A stretch of DNA of 64,000 nucleotides from Mustelus asterias (taxonomy: Eukaryota): NCBI RefSeq assembly GCF_964213995.1, contig NW_027590162.1, forward strand, positions 248,001 through 312,000. Reading direction: 5' to 3'. The notes under the pieces were generated by a model that saw only the letters and a program-made list of their open reading frames with translations, made no database searches and was not told the DNA's origin. Below, piece by piece: positions 14,051 through 26,831 of the stretch (position 1 is its first letter; each line of letters begins with the position of its first letter). The position numbers and the translations under genes were made by a program.

Positions 14051-15199
14051 AATCAGTGAGGCTGAGTGTGGGACTGAAATAGCATCTCTCTATTTCATGT
14101 ACAGAATGTGATTAATTATGTGCCTGTAAGTATTGGGTACAGTATGTGAAACAAAATGTGTATTTGTCTGTTGATTGCCAGCTTGCATGTGTGAGATTGG
14201 CTGAACATAATTTTGTGACTCATGCACTATATCAGTCTCTACTGTGTATGTTAATATGGGGTAAATTCTGCTCATGCCAGTGTCTTGAATTGAATGGGAG
14301 TTTGATTTCAGTTCTGCAGGCATGCAAATAACCCACAAACACTGCATAAGTGTCTGAATCATACTGTATGCATCGGTCTCTGGTACAACATCTGAGTGTG
14401 CTTTTCTGTCTGTCTGTGGTGTTGTGTGTGAATGCAGGGTTCATTCTATGGATGCTACTTGTGATACTGTGTGAGAGTGAACTTCATTTTGCTTCACTGT
14501 TTCTCAAAACAAAAGTTTGAATGTAGGTATCATTCTGTAGTTGTCATTCTCTAGTATGTTTTGGAATTCCTTGTTCTTCCATCTGTCTCGAGAGAGTTTG
14601 AGAAAGTAGGATTAATTTTACATCTGTGATTCTCTGGTTATCCATGTGGGTGTAGGAATCAATCTTTATCCATGTGTCTCTTGCGTTGTGTTGAAGTGTG
14701 GGATACTTCTGTACTTTAAGGTGACATGTATCTCAGACACTGTGATAAACACTAGCTGCTAAAACTATAATGTGTTGATATTTGTTCATCTTTCAATTTA
14801 TTTTTTCATGTAGATTTCCAGTACATTTGACTGTCCCTGTTTATATTCAGCAGCTGTGTGTGAGTATTCAATTAGTAATTCTGTGAATGGTAACAATTGG
14901 AACCTGGTAAGTAATTCCTGCAGTTTGTAGCAAAGGGATTGCTGTTACATCTTTCTATCTTACTCATATTGAGCATTTTTGGATTCATTTACATGTTTAT
15001 CCCTGTATATAGTATCAGGTAATTAATTGTAATTTATTCAGTATTGTACAATGACCTTTTGTCTGTCTGAGTGAAGAATTGCTACTTAATGTGTGATCAA
15101 GGTGACACCATGTTTTATATCTGTGAGTGGATGAATTTGTATAATTCCTGTGATATATACCTGTCAAGACAAAAGTTATGAAAATGTAGATGTACAAAA

Positions 15200-16080
15200 G
15201 GACTCTAGATGTTAACATGCAGGTCCAGATGGCAATTCGGAAGGCTAATGATATGTTGGACGTTATTGCAAAAGGTTTTGAGTACAGCAGAAGTGAAGTC
15301 TTACTTTAATTGTACAGCAGTTTGGTTGGACTGCACCTGGAGAACTGTGTGTAGTTTTGGTCCCCTTACCTTAGGAAGGATAATTATTTTGTCCTGGAAA
15401 GTGTCACAAAGGTTCACCAAACTTGTTCCAAAGATCAGAGAGGCATCTGCATCGGTACAGACTTGGTTTCAATCTAATTTGTTAGACATCATCTCCCTCG
15501 AACAAAGCCATGCTGACTATCCTTCATTAATCCTTGCCTCTGCAAATGGAGATTAATTTTGACCCTCACAATTTTTCTCAATAGTTCCCCTGACACTGAT
15601 TTCAGACTTTAAACAACTGGATCAGAAACAGAAACAGATCCCGGAGAGATGCAGTAATAGCAGAGTTGTTGTGATGGGAGACTTTAATTTCCCAAACATA
15701 AATTGGAATATCCCAAGGTGAAGGGAATTGGATGGGGAAAAGTTCGTTAGGTGTGTCCAGGAGGGTTTCCTGACACAGCATGTGGACAAGCCTACAAGAG
15801 GAGAGGCTGTACTTGATCTGATACTGACCAATGAACCTGGACAGGTGTCAGATCTCTCAGTGGGAGAGCATCTTAGGGATAGCGATCATAACTCTCTCCT
15901 TTAGGCTTGCGTTGGAAAAAGAGAGGATCAGGAAAGCTAGGAAAGTGTTTACATGGAGGAAGGGGAAATATGAAGACATCAGACAGCAAATTAGAGCAGT
16001 AAATTGGAAGGAGGTATTCTCGGGGAAATGAACTGAAGAGAGGTGGCAGTTTTTTAAGGAATGTCTGTCTAGAGTTCTAC
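15200..16080 (+). mobile_element. CR1 fragments (RT C-terminus; endonuclease region 15620-16080)
   Basis: Sequence encodes VVVMGDFNFP, PTRGEAVLDL and SDHN of the APE-like endonuclease. Confidence 0.8.
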
Positions 16081-16630
16081 AGTAAGAAGTCTCACAACAC
16101 CAGGTTAAAGTCCAACAGGTTTATTTGGTAGCAAATACCATAAGCTTTCGGAGCACAGCTCCTTCGTCAGATGGAGTGGATATCTGTTCTCAAACAGTGC
16201 AAACAGACACAGAAATCAAATTACAGAATACTGATTAGAATGCAAATCTCTACAGCCAGCCAGGTCTTAAATGTACAGACAATGTGGGTGGAGGGAGCAT
16301 TCAACACAGGTTAAAGAGATGTGTATTGTCTCCAGACAGAACAGCTAGTGAGATTCTACAAGCCCAGGAGGCAAGCTGTGGGGGTTACTGATAATGTGAC
16401 ATAAATCCAACATCCCGGTTTAGGCCGTCCTCATGTGTGCGGAACTTGGCTATCAGTTTCTGCTCAGCGACTCTGCGCTGTCGTGTGTCGTGAAGGCTGC
16501 CTTGGAGAACGCTTACCTGAAGATCCAAGGCTGAATGCCCGTGACTGCTGAAGTGCTCCCCCACAGGAAGCGAACAGTCTTGCCTGGTGATTGTCGAGCG
16601 GTGTTCATTCACCCGTTGTCGTAGCGTCTG
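16081..16630 (-). mobile_element. PLE 3' end with GIY-YIG C-terminus and hammerhead-bearing terminal repeat
   Basis: ORF 16385-16612 RMNEHR...VGEHF...EQKLIAKFRTHEDGLNRD; hammerhead motif at 16138-16174. Confidence 0.88.
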
Positions 16631-19470
16631 ATATCCTTCTGATATCTGTGTTAAACCTCCCCCCCTTCACCTTGAACCTATGACCCCTCGTGAACGTCAC
16701 CACCGACCCGGGGAAAAGCTTCCCACCGTTCACCCTATCTATGCCTTTCATAATTTTATACACCTCTATTAAGTCTCCCCTCATCCTCCGTCTTTCCAAG
16801 GAGAACAACCCCAGTTTCCCCAATCTCTCCTCATAACCAAGTCCCTCCATACCAGGCAACATCCTGGTAAACCTCCTCTGTACTCTCTCCAAAGCCTCCA
16901 CGTCCTTCTGGTAGTGTGGCGACCAGAACTGGACGCAGTATTCCAAATGCGGCCGAACCAACGTTCTATACATCTGCAACATCAGGCCCCAACTCTTATA
17001 CTCTATGCCCCGTCCTATAAAGGCAAGCATGCCATATGCCTTCTTCACCACCTTCTCCACCTGTGACGTCACCTTCAAAGATCTGTGGACTTGCACACCC
17101 AGGTCCGTCTGCGTCTCTACACCCTTTATGGTTCTTCCATTTATCGTGTAGCTCCTCCCTACATTATTCCCACCAAAATGCATCACTTCGCATTTATCAG
17201 GATTGAACTCCATCTGCCATTTCCTTGCCCAAGTTTCCAGCCTATCGATATCTTTCTGTAGCCTCTGACAATGTTCCTCACTATCTGCAAGTCCTGCCAG
17301 TTTTGTGTCGTCCGCAAACTTACTGATCACCCCAGTTACTCCTTCTTCCAGATCATTTATATAAATCACAAACAGCAGAGGTCCCAATACAGAGCCCTGC
17401 GGTACACCACTAGTCACAGGCCTCCAGCCGGAAAAAGACCCTTCCACTACCACCCTCTGTCTTCTATGACCAAGCCAGTTCTCCACCCATCTAGCCACCT
17501 CCCCCTTTATCCCATGAGATCCAACCTTTTTCACTAGCCTACCATGAGGGACTTTGTCAAACACTTTACTAAAGTCCATATAGACAACATCCACGGCCCT
17601 TCCTTCGTCAACCATTTTGGTCACTTCTTCAAAAAACACCACCAGGTTAGTGAGGCATGACCTCCCTCTCACAAAACCATGTTGACTATCGTTAATGAGT
17701 TTATTCCTTTCTAAATGCGCATACATCCTATCTCTAAGAATCTTCTCCAACAACTTCCCCACCACGGACGTCAAGCTCACCGGCCTATAATTACCCGGGT
17801 TATCCTTCCTACCCTTCTTAAATAACGGGACCACATTGGCTATCCTCCAATCCTCTGGGACCTCACCTGCGTCCAGTGACGAGACAAAGATTTGCGTCAG
17901 AGGCCCAACGATTTCACCTCTCGTCTCCCTGAGCAGCCTTGGATAGATTCCATCAGGCCCTGGGGATTTGTCAGTCTTTATATTCTCTAACAAACCTAAC
18001 ACTTCCTCCTTTGTAATGGAGATTTTCTCCAACGGTTCAACACTCCCCTCCGAGACACTCCCAGTCAACACATCCCTCTCCTTTGTGAATACCGACGCAA
18101 AGTATTCATTTAGGACCTCCCCTACTTCTTTGGGCTCCAAGCATAAGTCCCCACTTTTGTCCCTGAGAGGTCCGATTTTTTCCCTAACAACCCTTTTGTT
18201 CCTAACGTACAAATAAAATGCCTTGGGATTCTCCTTAATCCTGTCTGCAAAGAACATTTCGTGACCCCTTTTTGCTATTCTAATTCCCCGTTTGAGTACT
18301 TTCCTACTTTCTTTGTACTCCTCCAGAGCTCCCTCCGTTTTTAGCTGCTTGGACCTAACATACGCCTCTCTTTTCTTTTTGACAAGTCCCTCAATTTCCC
18401 TGGTTATCCACGGTTCTCTAATCCTACCCTTCCTATCCTTCTTTTTTACAGGCACATGCTTGTCCTGTAGCCCTAACAACCGTTCCTTAAAAGACTGCCA
18501 CATACCAGATGTGGATTTACCCTCAAACAGCCTCTCCCAATCAAGAGCTGCCAATTTCTGCCTGAACCCAATAAAGTTAGCCTTCCCCCAATCCAACACC
18601 TTACCCTTGGGACACCACTCATCCTTTTCCATCACTATCCTAAAGCTAACAGAATTGTGGTCACTATTTGCCACATGTTCCCCTACCAAAACTTTGAAGA
18701 CCTGAGCGGGCTCATTCCCCAGTAACAGGTCCAGTATAGCCCCCTCTCTAGTCGGGCTGTCTACATATTGTTCCAACGAACCCTCCTGTACACATTTTAC
18801 AAATTCCTCCCCATCCAGAGTCCCTGCCCTCAGCGATTTCCAGTCTATACCAGGGAAATTGAAGTCTCCCACTACAACAACCCTATTTTTCCTGCACCTA
18901 TCCAGTATCTCCTGACATATCCATTCTTCCACTTCCCTTGGGCTGTTGGGGGGCCTGTAGTACACCCCCAACATAGTGACTGCGCCTTTCCTGTTTCTAA
19001 GCTCCACCCAGAGTGACTCGTTACACGACCCCTCTGAATTGTCCTCCCTCTGCACCGCTGTAATATGCTCTCCAACTAATACCGCTACTCCCCCACCTCT
19101 TTTGGCCCCTCCTCTGTCTCGCCTAAAACACTTGTACCCTGGAATATTCAGCAGCCAGTCCTGTCCCTCTTTCAACCAAGTCTCTGTCACCGCAACCACA
19201 TCCAAATTCCTCGTGCGCATTAAGGCCCCAAGTTCGTCTGTCTTACCTGCTACGCTCCTTGCATTGAAGTATAAGCACTCCAGACCTCCAGGCTCAGTGA
19301 GGTCGTCCTCCCCCAGAGTGCTCTTCTTCTTTGCCAGCCTTGTCCCAGCCCCAAGCTCGTCCCCAGCCTCCACACTTATAGACCTAATAGTTTGATCCCC
19401 ACCTCCCTGCCATACTAGTTTAAATCCCCCCGAACTGCACTAGCAAAGCTCCCAGCCAGGATATTTGTGC
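16631..19470 (-). mobile_element. Young CR1 LINE with uninterrupted ORF2 (EN+RT), 3' end cut by PLE
   Basis: 922-aa ORF 16605-19373 with YFNARS, VTETW, GDFN, SDH, QGSVLGP and FADD; last residues read into PLE sequence. Confidence 0.95.
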
Positions 19471-19489
19471 CCTTCCAACTTGCTTGTGA

Positions 19490-20712
19490 CCCTGAGTTCT
19501 TCGAAAATGTGACCAAACACATTGACGAAGGGAAGGCGGTAGATGTGGTTTATATGGATTTTAGCAAGGCGTTCGATAAGGTCCCCCATGCAAGGCTTCT
19601 AGAAAAAGTGAGAGGGCATGGGATCCAAGGGGCTGCTGCCCGGTGGATCCAGAACTGGCTTGCCCAAAGGAGGCAGAGAGTGTGTATAGATGGGTCTTTT
19701 TCTAAATGGAGGTCGGTCACCAGTGGTGTGCCCCAGGGATCTGTTCTGGGACCCTTGCTGTTTGTCATTTTCATAAATGACCTGGATGAGGAAGCGGAGG
19801 GATGGGTTGGTAAGTTTGCCGACGACATGAAGGTTGGTGGGGTTGTGGATAGTCTGGAGAGATGTCAGAAGTTACAGAGGGACATAGATAGGATGCAAGA
19901 CTGGGCGGACAAGTGGCAGATGGACTTCAACCCAGATAAATGCGTCGTGGTCCATTTTGGTAGGTCAAATGGGATGAAGGAGTACAATATAAAGGGAAAG
20001 ACTCTTAGTACTGTAGAGGGTCTGAAGGACCTTGGGGTCCGGGTCCATAGGACTCTGAAATCGGCCCCGCAGGTGGAGGAGGTGGTTAAGAAGGCGTATG
20101 GTGTGCTGGCCTTTATCAATTGAGGGATTGAGTTTTAGAGTCCGGGGATAATGATGCAGCTATATAAGACCCTCGTCAGACCCCACTTGGAGTACTGTGC
20201 TCAGTTCTGGTCGCCTCACGATAGGAAGGATGTGGAAAAGATTGAAAGGGTGCAGAGGAGATTTACAAGGATGTTGCCTGGATTGAGTGGCATGCCTTAT
20301 GAGGATAGGCTGAGGGAGCTCGGTCTTTTCTCCTTGGAGAGACAAAGGATGAGAAGAGACCTAATAGAGGTGTATAAGATGTTGAGAGCCATAGATCGGG
20401 TGGACACTCAGAGGCTTTTTCCCAGGGTGGAAATGTCTGCTATGAGAGGACACAGGTTTCGGGTGCTGGGGGTAGGTACAGGGGAGATGTTAGGGGTACG
20501 TTTTTCACACAGAGGGTGGTGGGCGAGTGGAATCGGTTGCCGTCAGTGGTGGTGGAGGCGAACTCAATAGGGTCTTTTAAGAGACTCCTGGATGAGTACA
20601 TGTAGCGTAATAGGATGGAAGGTTATAGGTAGGTCTAGAAGGTAGGGATGTGTTCGGCACAACGTGTGGGCCGAAGGGCCTGTTTGTGCAGTAGTTTTTC
20701 AATGTTTCTATG
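19490..20712 (+). mobile_element. 5'-truncated CR1 LINE
   Basis: RT ORFs 19467-20123 and 20151-20570; 3' UTR GGGCCGAAGGGCCTGTT and TTCTAT-like tail. Confidence 0.92.
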
Positions 20713-20779
20713 GATTGTGTCCTTGTCACCTCAAGGACATCTCCACTCTCCAACACTACAATGACGTCCCTGGTCAGTA

Positions 20780-22060
20780 TTGTCATCCCACCTCTCCTTT
20801 TCTCTTATCTATCTCTTTCTGAACACAATTCTTGAATATTCAGCACCCTGTCCTCACTCTTTTTAAGCCACATTTCTGTCAATGCCTCTGCATCAGATTC
20901 CCACATTTCTCTTGGTCCTTCAAGCTCATCAACCTTATTTATCACACTTTTTGTGTTTACATACATAGGAAACCTGTTTTGACATTCTTCATAGTACTTG
21001 TTAGTCTCCTTCTATCCAACATGGTATTACTTCCTTCTCCTGTATTATCCATCACTCTCCCTCCTTTCTGCCCTTCTTCCTTTCTGCTACTTTTATATGT
21101 ATCACAACCTCTATCCTATCACCCTCCTCTTTCAGGATGTCCTGCAGCGATTCAGTGACATCCCTGACACTGGCCAGGGAGATAACACACCATCCTGAAG
21201 TCAGATCCTTGGCTACAGAAATGCCTGTCTGCACTACTGACTGATGAATCCCCTATCACTATTGCTCTTCCTGTCTTCTTCCTCCCCACCTGTACAAGCA
21301 AGATGCTTGTGGTGCCAGAATCTTGGCTCTGACTGCACTCCTCTGGGGTGCCGACCAGCACCCTCATCTGCATCCAAAATGGAAAACATGTTAGTGACTA
21401 GGATCCCAGGGGACTCCTGCAATACCTGTTTGGGTGGCAGGGTGACAAAGTGGTTCGCATTGCTGCCTCACAGCATGAGGGACCCGGCTTCAATTCCGGC
21501 CTTGGGTGGCTGTTTGTGTGGAGCTTGCACATTCTCCCCGTTTGTACGTGGGTTTCCTCCCACAGTCCAAAAATGTGCAGGTTAGGTGGATTGACCATGC
21601 TAAATTGCCCCTTAGTGCCCCAAGATGTGTAGGTTAGAGAGATTGGCAGCGTAAATACCTGGGGTTATGGGGATAGGGGCTGGGTAGGATGGTTGTTGGT
21701 GCAGGCTCGATGGGCTGAATGGCCCCCTTCTGCACTGGAGGGATTCTATGATTCTATTCCATGATTCCACATGCCTGTTCTTCCTGGACTGCTCAGTGGT
21801 CACCCATTTCCTTCTTTCCTCTAGTACCTTGAGCTGTGCTGTGACCATCTCTCTAAATGTGCTGTCGACATAACTCTCAGCCTCTCAAATGCATCACAGT
21901 CTCTCCAGCTGCTCCTCAAGGTCCGAAACCTGGAGCTCCAGTTTCTGCAGCTGGGAACACTTCCTGCACATGTGGTCATTCAAGACAATGGCAGCATCCA
22001 AGACTCCCCACATGAGACAAACCACACATTCCACTCAGCTGTCTTCACCTGACGTGTCTT
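20780..22060 (-). mobile_element. Degenerate CR1 ORF1 region interrupted by a SINE
   Basis: RAIVIGDSSV...RMVCYLPG resembles the ORF1 esterase at 39170-39270. Confidence 0.6.
21432..21768 (+). mobile_element. HE1-like V-SINE, near full length
   Basis: tRNA-like head, GGATTGACCATGCTAAATTGCCCCTTAG core and GATTCTATGATTCT tail. Confidence 0.85.
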
Positions 22061-22094
22061 CAATGTAAAATTTACACCTTATACTAGAACAAAT

Positions 22095-22693
22095 CAGATG
22101 TCGTGATGCCGGCATTGGACTGGGGTGGGCACGGTAAGAAGTCTCACAACACCAGGTTCAAGTCGAACAGGTTTATTTGGTAGCACGAGCTTTCGGAGCA
22201 CTTCTCCTTCCTCAGGTGAGTGGAGAATTGGGTTCACAAACAGGGCATAGATAGACATGTTTCTATATATGCCCTGTTTGTGAATCCAACTCTCCACTCA
22301 CCTGAGGAAGGAGTGTTTCTTCAGAAGGAACTCTTCAAAATGCAGCGAGTGAAAATACAACAAAACTTACTCCATCTTATAAACCAAAGAACGGGTTTAA
22401 TAAAGAAACATCATTACTCCAAACTTGGGGCCCCACCCTGGGCCACTCCAAGCTCCCCACAATTTCACACAGATTCTTATTTATAGTGTATCAGCTCATC
22501 AGCTGACTATTACATCACTCTGATTGGTTCCATGCTTTGTTGGGTCAGCTGACCCTTACATCTTGTTCCCATTGGTCACATTACATCCAATCAAAGTTGT
22601 CCCCTGTTACACTCTAACAAGGAGCAGCGCTCTGAAAGCTCATGCCACCAAAAAAACCAGATGGACTTTAACCCAGTATTGTGAGACTTCTTG
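22095..22693. mobile_element. Inverted PLE terminal repeat pair flanked by 11-bp TSD
   Basis: CTAGAACAAAT at 22084-22094 and 22694-22704; arms are reverse complements about ~22258. Confidence 0.8.
22314..22619. mobile_element. Candidate solo LTR
   Basis: TGTT...AACA termini; 5-bp TSD AGGAG at 22309-22313 and 22620-22624; internal CCAAT and TATAAATA on the minus strand. Confidence 0.7.
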
Positions 22694-22749
22694 CTAGAAC
22701 AAATAAAGATAATATATAATAATTTTCCCAATAAATAACGTGCTTCGTT

Positions 22750-23125
22750 TAGCTTCAGCTAAATATGTAGATGTGCTTGAAACAGTTCAGAGAAGGTTTA
22801 CGGGATTAATACCAGGAAGGAGCGGGTTGTCTCATGAGGAAATGTTGGAGGGGATAAATTTGCATGCGAGAGGTTAGAAGAGTAAGTGTCGACTTGATTG
22901 AAACTTTACAGATCTGAGTGGTCTTGACAGGATGGATGTGGAGAGCATATTTCCTCTTGTGGGAGAATCTAGAATGAGGGGTCACTGTTTAAAAATAAAG
23001 GGTCATCCATTTAAGGCACAGATGAGGCGAGATTATTTTCTCTCAGAGGGTTGTGTGTCGATGGAACTCCCTTCCTCAAAAGGCAAAGCAAGCAAAGTCT
23101 TTCAATATTTTGATTGCAGAGGCGG
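22750..23125 (+). mobile_element. CR1 3' fragment
   Basis: VQRRF and MRGHCLKIKG-like translation. Confidence 0.7.
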
Positions 23126-23129
23126 ATAG

Positions 23130-23360
23130 AAAATCATAGAATACCTACAGTGTCGACGAAGGCCATTTGGCCCCTCGGGTTTGCACCGATTTTCCAACAG
23201 CGCATCTTTCTGAGGCCCACTCCTTGCTGCATCCCTGTAACCCCATGCATTTACCCTGCTAATCCCCCTAACCTACACATCTTGGGACACAAAGAAGCAA
23301 GTTAGCATGGTCAATCCACCTAACCTGCACATCTTTGGAATGTGTGAGGAAACTGGAGCG
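23130..23360 (-). mobile_element. HE1-like SINE 3' part
   Basis: Reverse complement of the SINE core and tail (CATGGTCAATCCACCTAACCTGCACATCTTTGG). Confidence 0.75.
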
Positions 23361-24370
23361 TAGAAACATAGAAATCAGAAGGAGGAGTAGGCCATTCAGC
23401 CCATCGAGCCTGCTCCACAATTCATTCTGATAATTGAATTCAATATCCTGATCCCCACTCTCCCCCCATCCCCCCCCCCCCCCCCCCCCCCCCCCCCCGC
23501 CCTATCCCTTGATCCCTTTGAACCCAAGAGCTATATCTAATTTCTTCTTGAAACCAGACAACGTTTTGGCCTCAACTACATTCTGTGGTCGTGAATTCTG
23601 CACATTCACCACCCTCTGGGTGAGGAAATTTCTCCTCACCTAAGTTCTAAAAGCTTCACCCCTTATCCTCAACCAAGACCCCTAGTTCTGGACTCCCCCA
23701 CCATTTGGAACATTCTTTCCAGCCAACTTAGTCTCTCTGAATCCTAAGCGATTAAGTCTCTCATCATATGACAGATCTGCCAGTCCATGAATCAGCCAAG
23801 TAAACCTCAATTGTACTCTCTCTATAGCAAGGACATCCTTCCTCAGATAAGGACACCAAAAGTGCACACAATACTCCAGGTGTGGCCTCACCAACGCCCT
23901 ACACAATTGCAGCAAAACATCCCTATCTCTGTACTCAAATCCTCTCGCTATTAAGGCCAACATACCATTTGTCATCTTTACTGCCTGCTGTACCTGCGCT
24001 CTTACTTTCAGCAACTGATGCATGAGGACTCCAAGCTCTCATTGAATATCCACCTCTCTCAATTTACAACCATTCATGTATAATAATCTTTTTTCCGATT
24101 CCTTCTACCAAAGTGGATAACCTCACATTTATCCACATTATAGTGCATCTGACATGCGATGCCCATGCACTCAGCTTGTCCAAATCACACTGAAGTAACT
24201 CTGCATCCTCCTCACAGCTTACCCTCCCACCCAACTTCGTATCATCTGCAAATTTGGAGACAATACATTCAGTTCCCTCTTCGAAATTATTAATATATAA
24301 TGTGAACAGTTGGGGTCCGAGCACTGATCCCTGCAGAACCCCACTCGTCACTGACTGCCACTCAGAAAAA
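23360..24370 (-). mobile_element. 5'-truncated CR1 LINE
   Basis: QGSVLGPQLF, KFADDTKLGG and LVRPHLEYCV. Confidence 0.88.
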
Positions 24371-25589
24371 GCACCCAAAGGAACAAATGTTGACACAGGG
24401 AGAATGTGCAAATTCCAGACAGTCACCCAAGGTTGGAATTGAACCCGGCTCCCTGGTTCTATGAGGAAGCAAGGAGGTGAAAGATTATCGGGGATAGGTA
24501 AGGATGTGGGTTTGAAGTTACAGTCAGACCAGTCATGATCATATTGAATGGTGGAGCAGGCGCAAGGGGCCAAGTGGCCTACACCTGCTCCTAATTCATG
24601 CATTCATCTGTCTGGGAATTTTTGAAATATGTTCAAGAGAATTTCTTGGACCAGAGTATTCTCAAGAAACTCTGAACAAAGCATTGCTGGATCTGGTGCT
24701 GGGGAATGGGGTGCGCCAAGGTTGGCCACATGAATCAAGTGTCTGTGTTTTTATCCAGTGATCATTGTATCACAAGCTTGACATTAGCAAGGAACAATCT
24801 CAAGTAGACATTCTAAATTGGAAGAGGACTAACTTCAATGCTTCAGTGCTTCTTAGTCTGCTCCTTCTCCAGTATTATCCATCACTCTCCCTCCTTTCTG
24901 CCCTTATTCCTTTCTGCTACTTCTATGTGCTGATGTCAAACCCGCTGCCAATTTAGTCAAAACCCTCACCAACCAGACGACTGAACCATAAACCAACAGC
25001 AATATTGTGCTTGGGGCCTGTGCTTGCAGAGCACAATGGAACAGAACTTCAGCAAGTGAACCTCTTGGCCATCTCTGCTGGGTGTGTGAGTGACACTTAC
25101 TCTGTGTGAGGAGCTGGCTGCAATTCTCCTTGTGTGAAAGAATCTCTCTACTTATTCTGCTGGTTTCAACTCTTTGCCTGTCAGAAGGAAAAATGTTGAT
25201 TAAATTTAAGGGGATAGGTAGAAAATACGCTATACATTGAGTATTTTATCAATTGCTTATCAAGCACAAAGGAAGAACAGTCAAACAGAGTCAGTGTGTG
25301 ATTCCACTGCCGTTCTGCAGCACATGCACTTAAATACAGGTACAGAGACTGACAGATACAGAATAAAATGAACACACTGATATTGTGGAGGAGAGGGATA
25401 CAAACAAAAATAAAACTAATCCCACCAAGAAGAGAATTATTACTACATGCAGTCACATGCACCACCTTTGGACAGACACACAATGAGACCCAGATACAGA
25501 ATGATTCATAAACTCAGATATGTTCTCATCCATTCACAGATACAAATCCCACACTCACATGCTCTGTCAGTGAGTAAATCCCACACTAA

Positions 25590-26830
25590 GTTTTAAAGTT
25601 CTTTGAGGGGGGTAAAAGGAAGTTCGATAAAGGAGAACCAGTGGACGTGATTTATTTAGATTTCCAGAAGGCCTTCTGACATGGTGCTGAGTCGGAGACT
25701 GCGAAATAAGTTAAGACCCATGGTGTTAAGGGTAAGATCCAGGCATGGATAGAGGATTGGCTGACTGGCCGAAGGCAGAGAGTGGGGATAAAGAGGTCTG
25801 TTTCAGGATGGCAGCCGATGATGAGTGGTGTGCCTCAGGGATCAGTGCTGGGACCACAATTTTTCACCATATACATTAACAATTTGGAAGCAGGAAGTGA
25901 AAGCTCTGTTGCTAAGTTTGCAGATGATACAAATATATGGAGAAGGACAGGTAGTACTGAGGAAGCAGGGGGGTCTGCAGAAGGACGTGGACAGGATAGA
26001 AGAGTGGGCAAAAAAGTGGCAGATGGAATACAATGTGGAAAAGTGTGAGGTTATGCACTTTGGAGGGAGGAATGGAGGCATAGACTATTTTCTAAATGGG
26101 GAAATGCTTAGGAAATCAGAAGCGCAAAGGGACTTGGGAGTCCTTGTTCAAGATTCTCTTAAGGTTAACCGGCAGGGTCAGTTGGCAGTTCGGAAGGCAA
26201 ATGCAACGTTAGCATTTCTGTCAAGAGGGATACAATACAAGAGCAGTGATATACTTCTGAGGCTGTACAAAGCTCCAGTCACACCCCATTTGCAGTATTG
26301 TGAGCAGCTTTGGGTCCCGTATCTAGGGAAGGATGTGCTGGCCTTGGAAAGGGCCCAGAGGAGGTTCACAAGAATGATCCCTGGAATGAAAAGCTTGTCA
26401 TATGAGGAACGGTTGCGGACTCTGGGTCTGTACTCATTGAAGTTCACAAGGATGAGGGGGGACCTTATTTAAACTTATAGGATACTGTGAGGCCTGGATA
26501 GAGTGGACATGGAGAGGTTGTTTGCAACATCAGGAAAAACTAGAACCAGAGGGCACAACCTCAGGCTAAAGGGACGATCCTTTAAAACAGAGATGTGGAG
26601 TAATTTCTTCAGCCAGGGACTGGTGAATCTGTGGAACTCTTTGTCGCAGAAGGCTGTGGAGGCCAAGTCATTGAGTGTTTTTAAGACAGAGATAAATAGA
26701 CTTGATTAATAAGGGGACCAGGGATTATGGGGAAAAGGCAGGAGAACGGGGAAGAGAAAAATATCAGTCATGATTGGCGGATAAGACTCGATGGGCCGAG
26801 TGGCCTAATTCTGCTCCGATAACTTATGGT
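25590..26830 (+). mobile_element. 5'-truncated CR1 LINE inserted at the edge of a minisatellite
   Basis: GVPQGSVLGP, KFADDT and QRRFTRMIPG; minisatellite units occur on both sides. Confidence 0.9.
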
Positions 26831-26831
26831 C

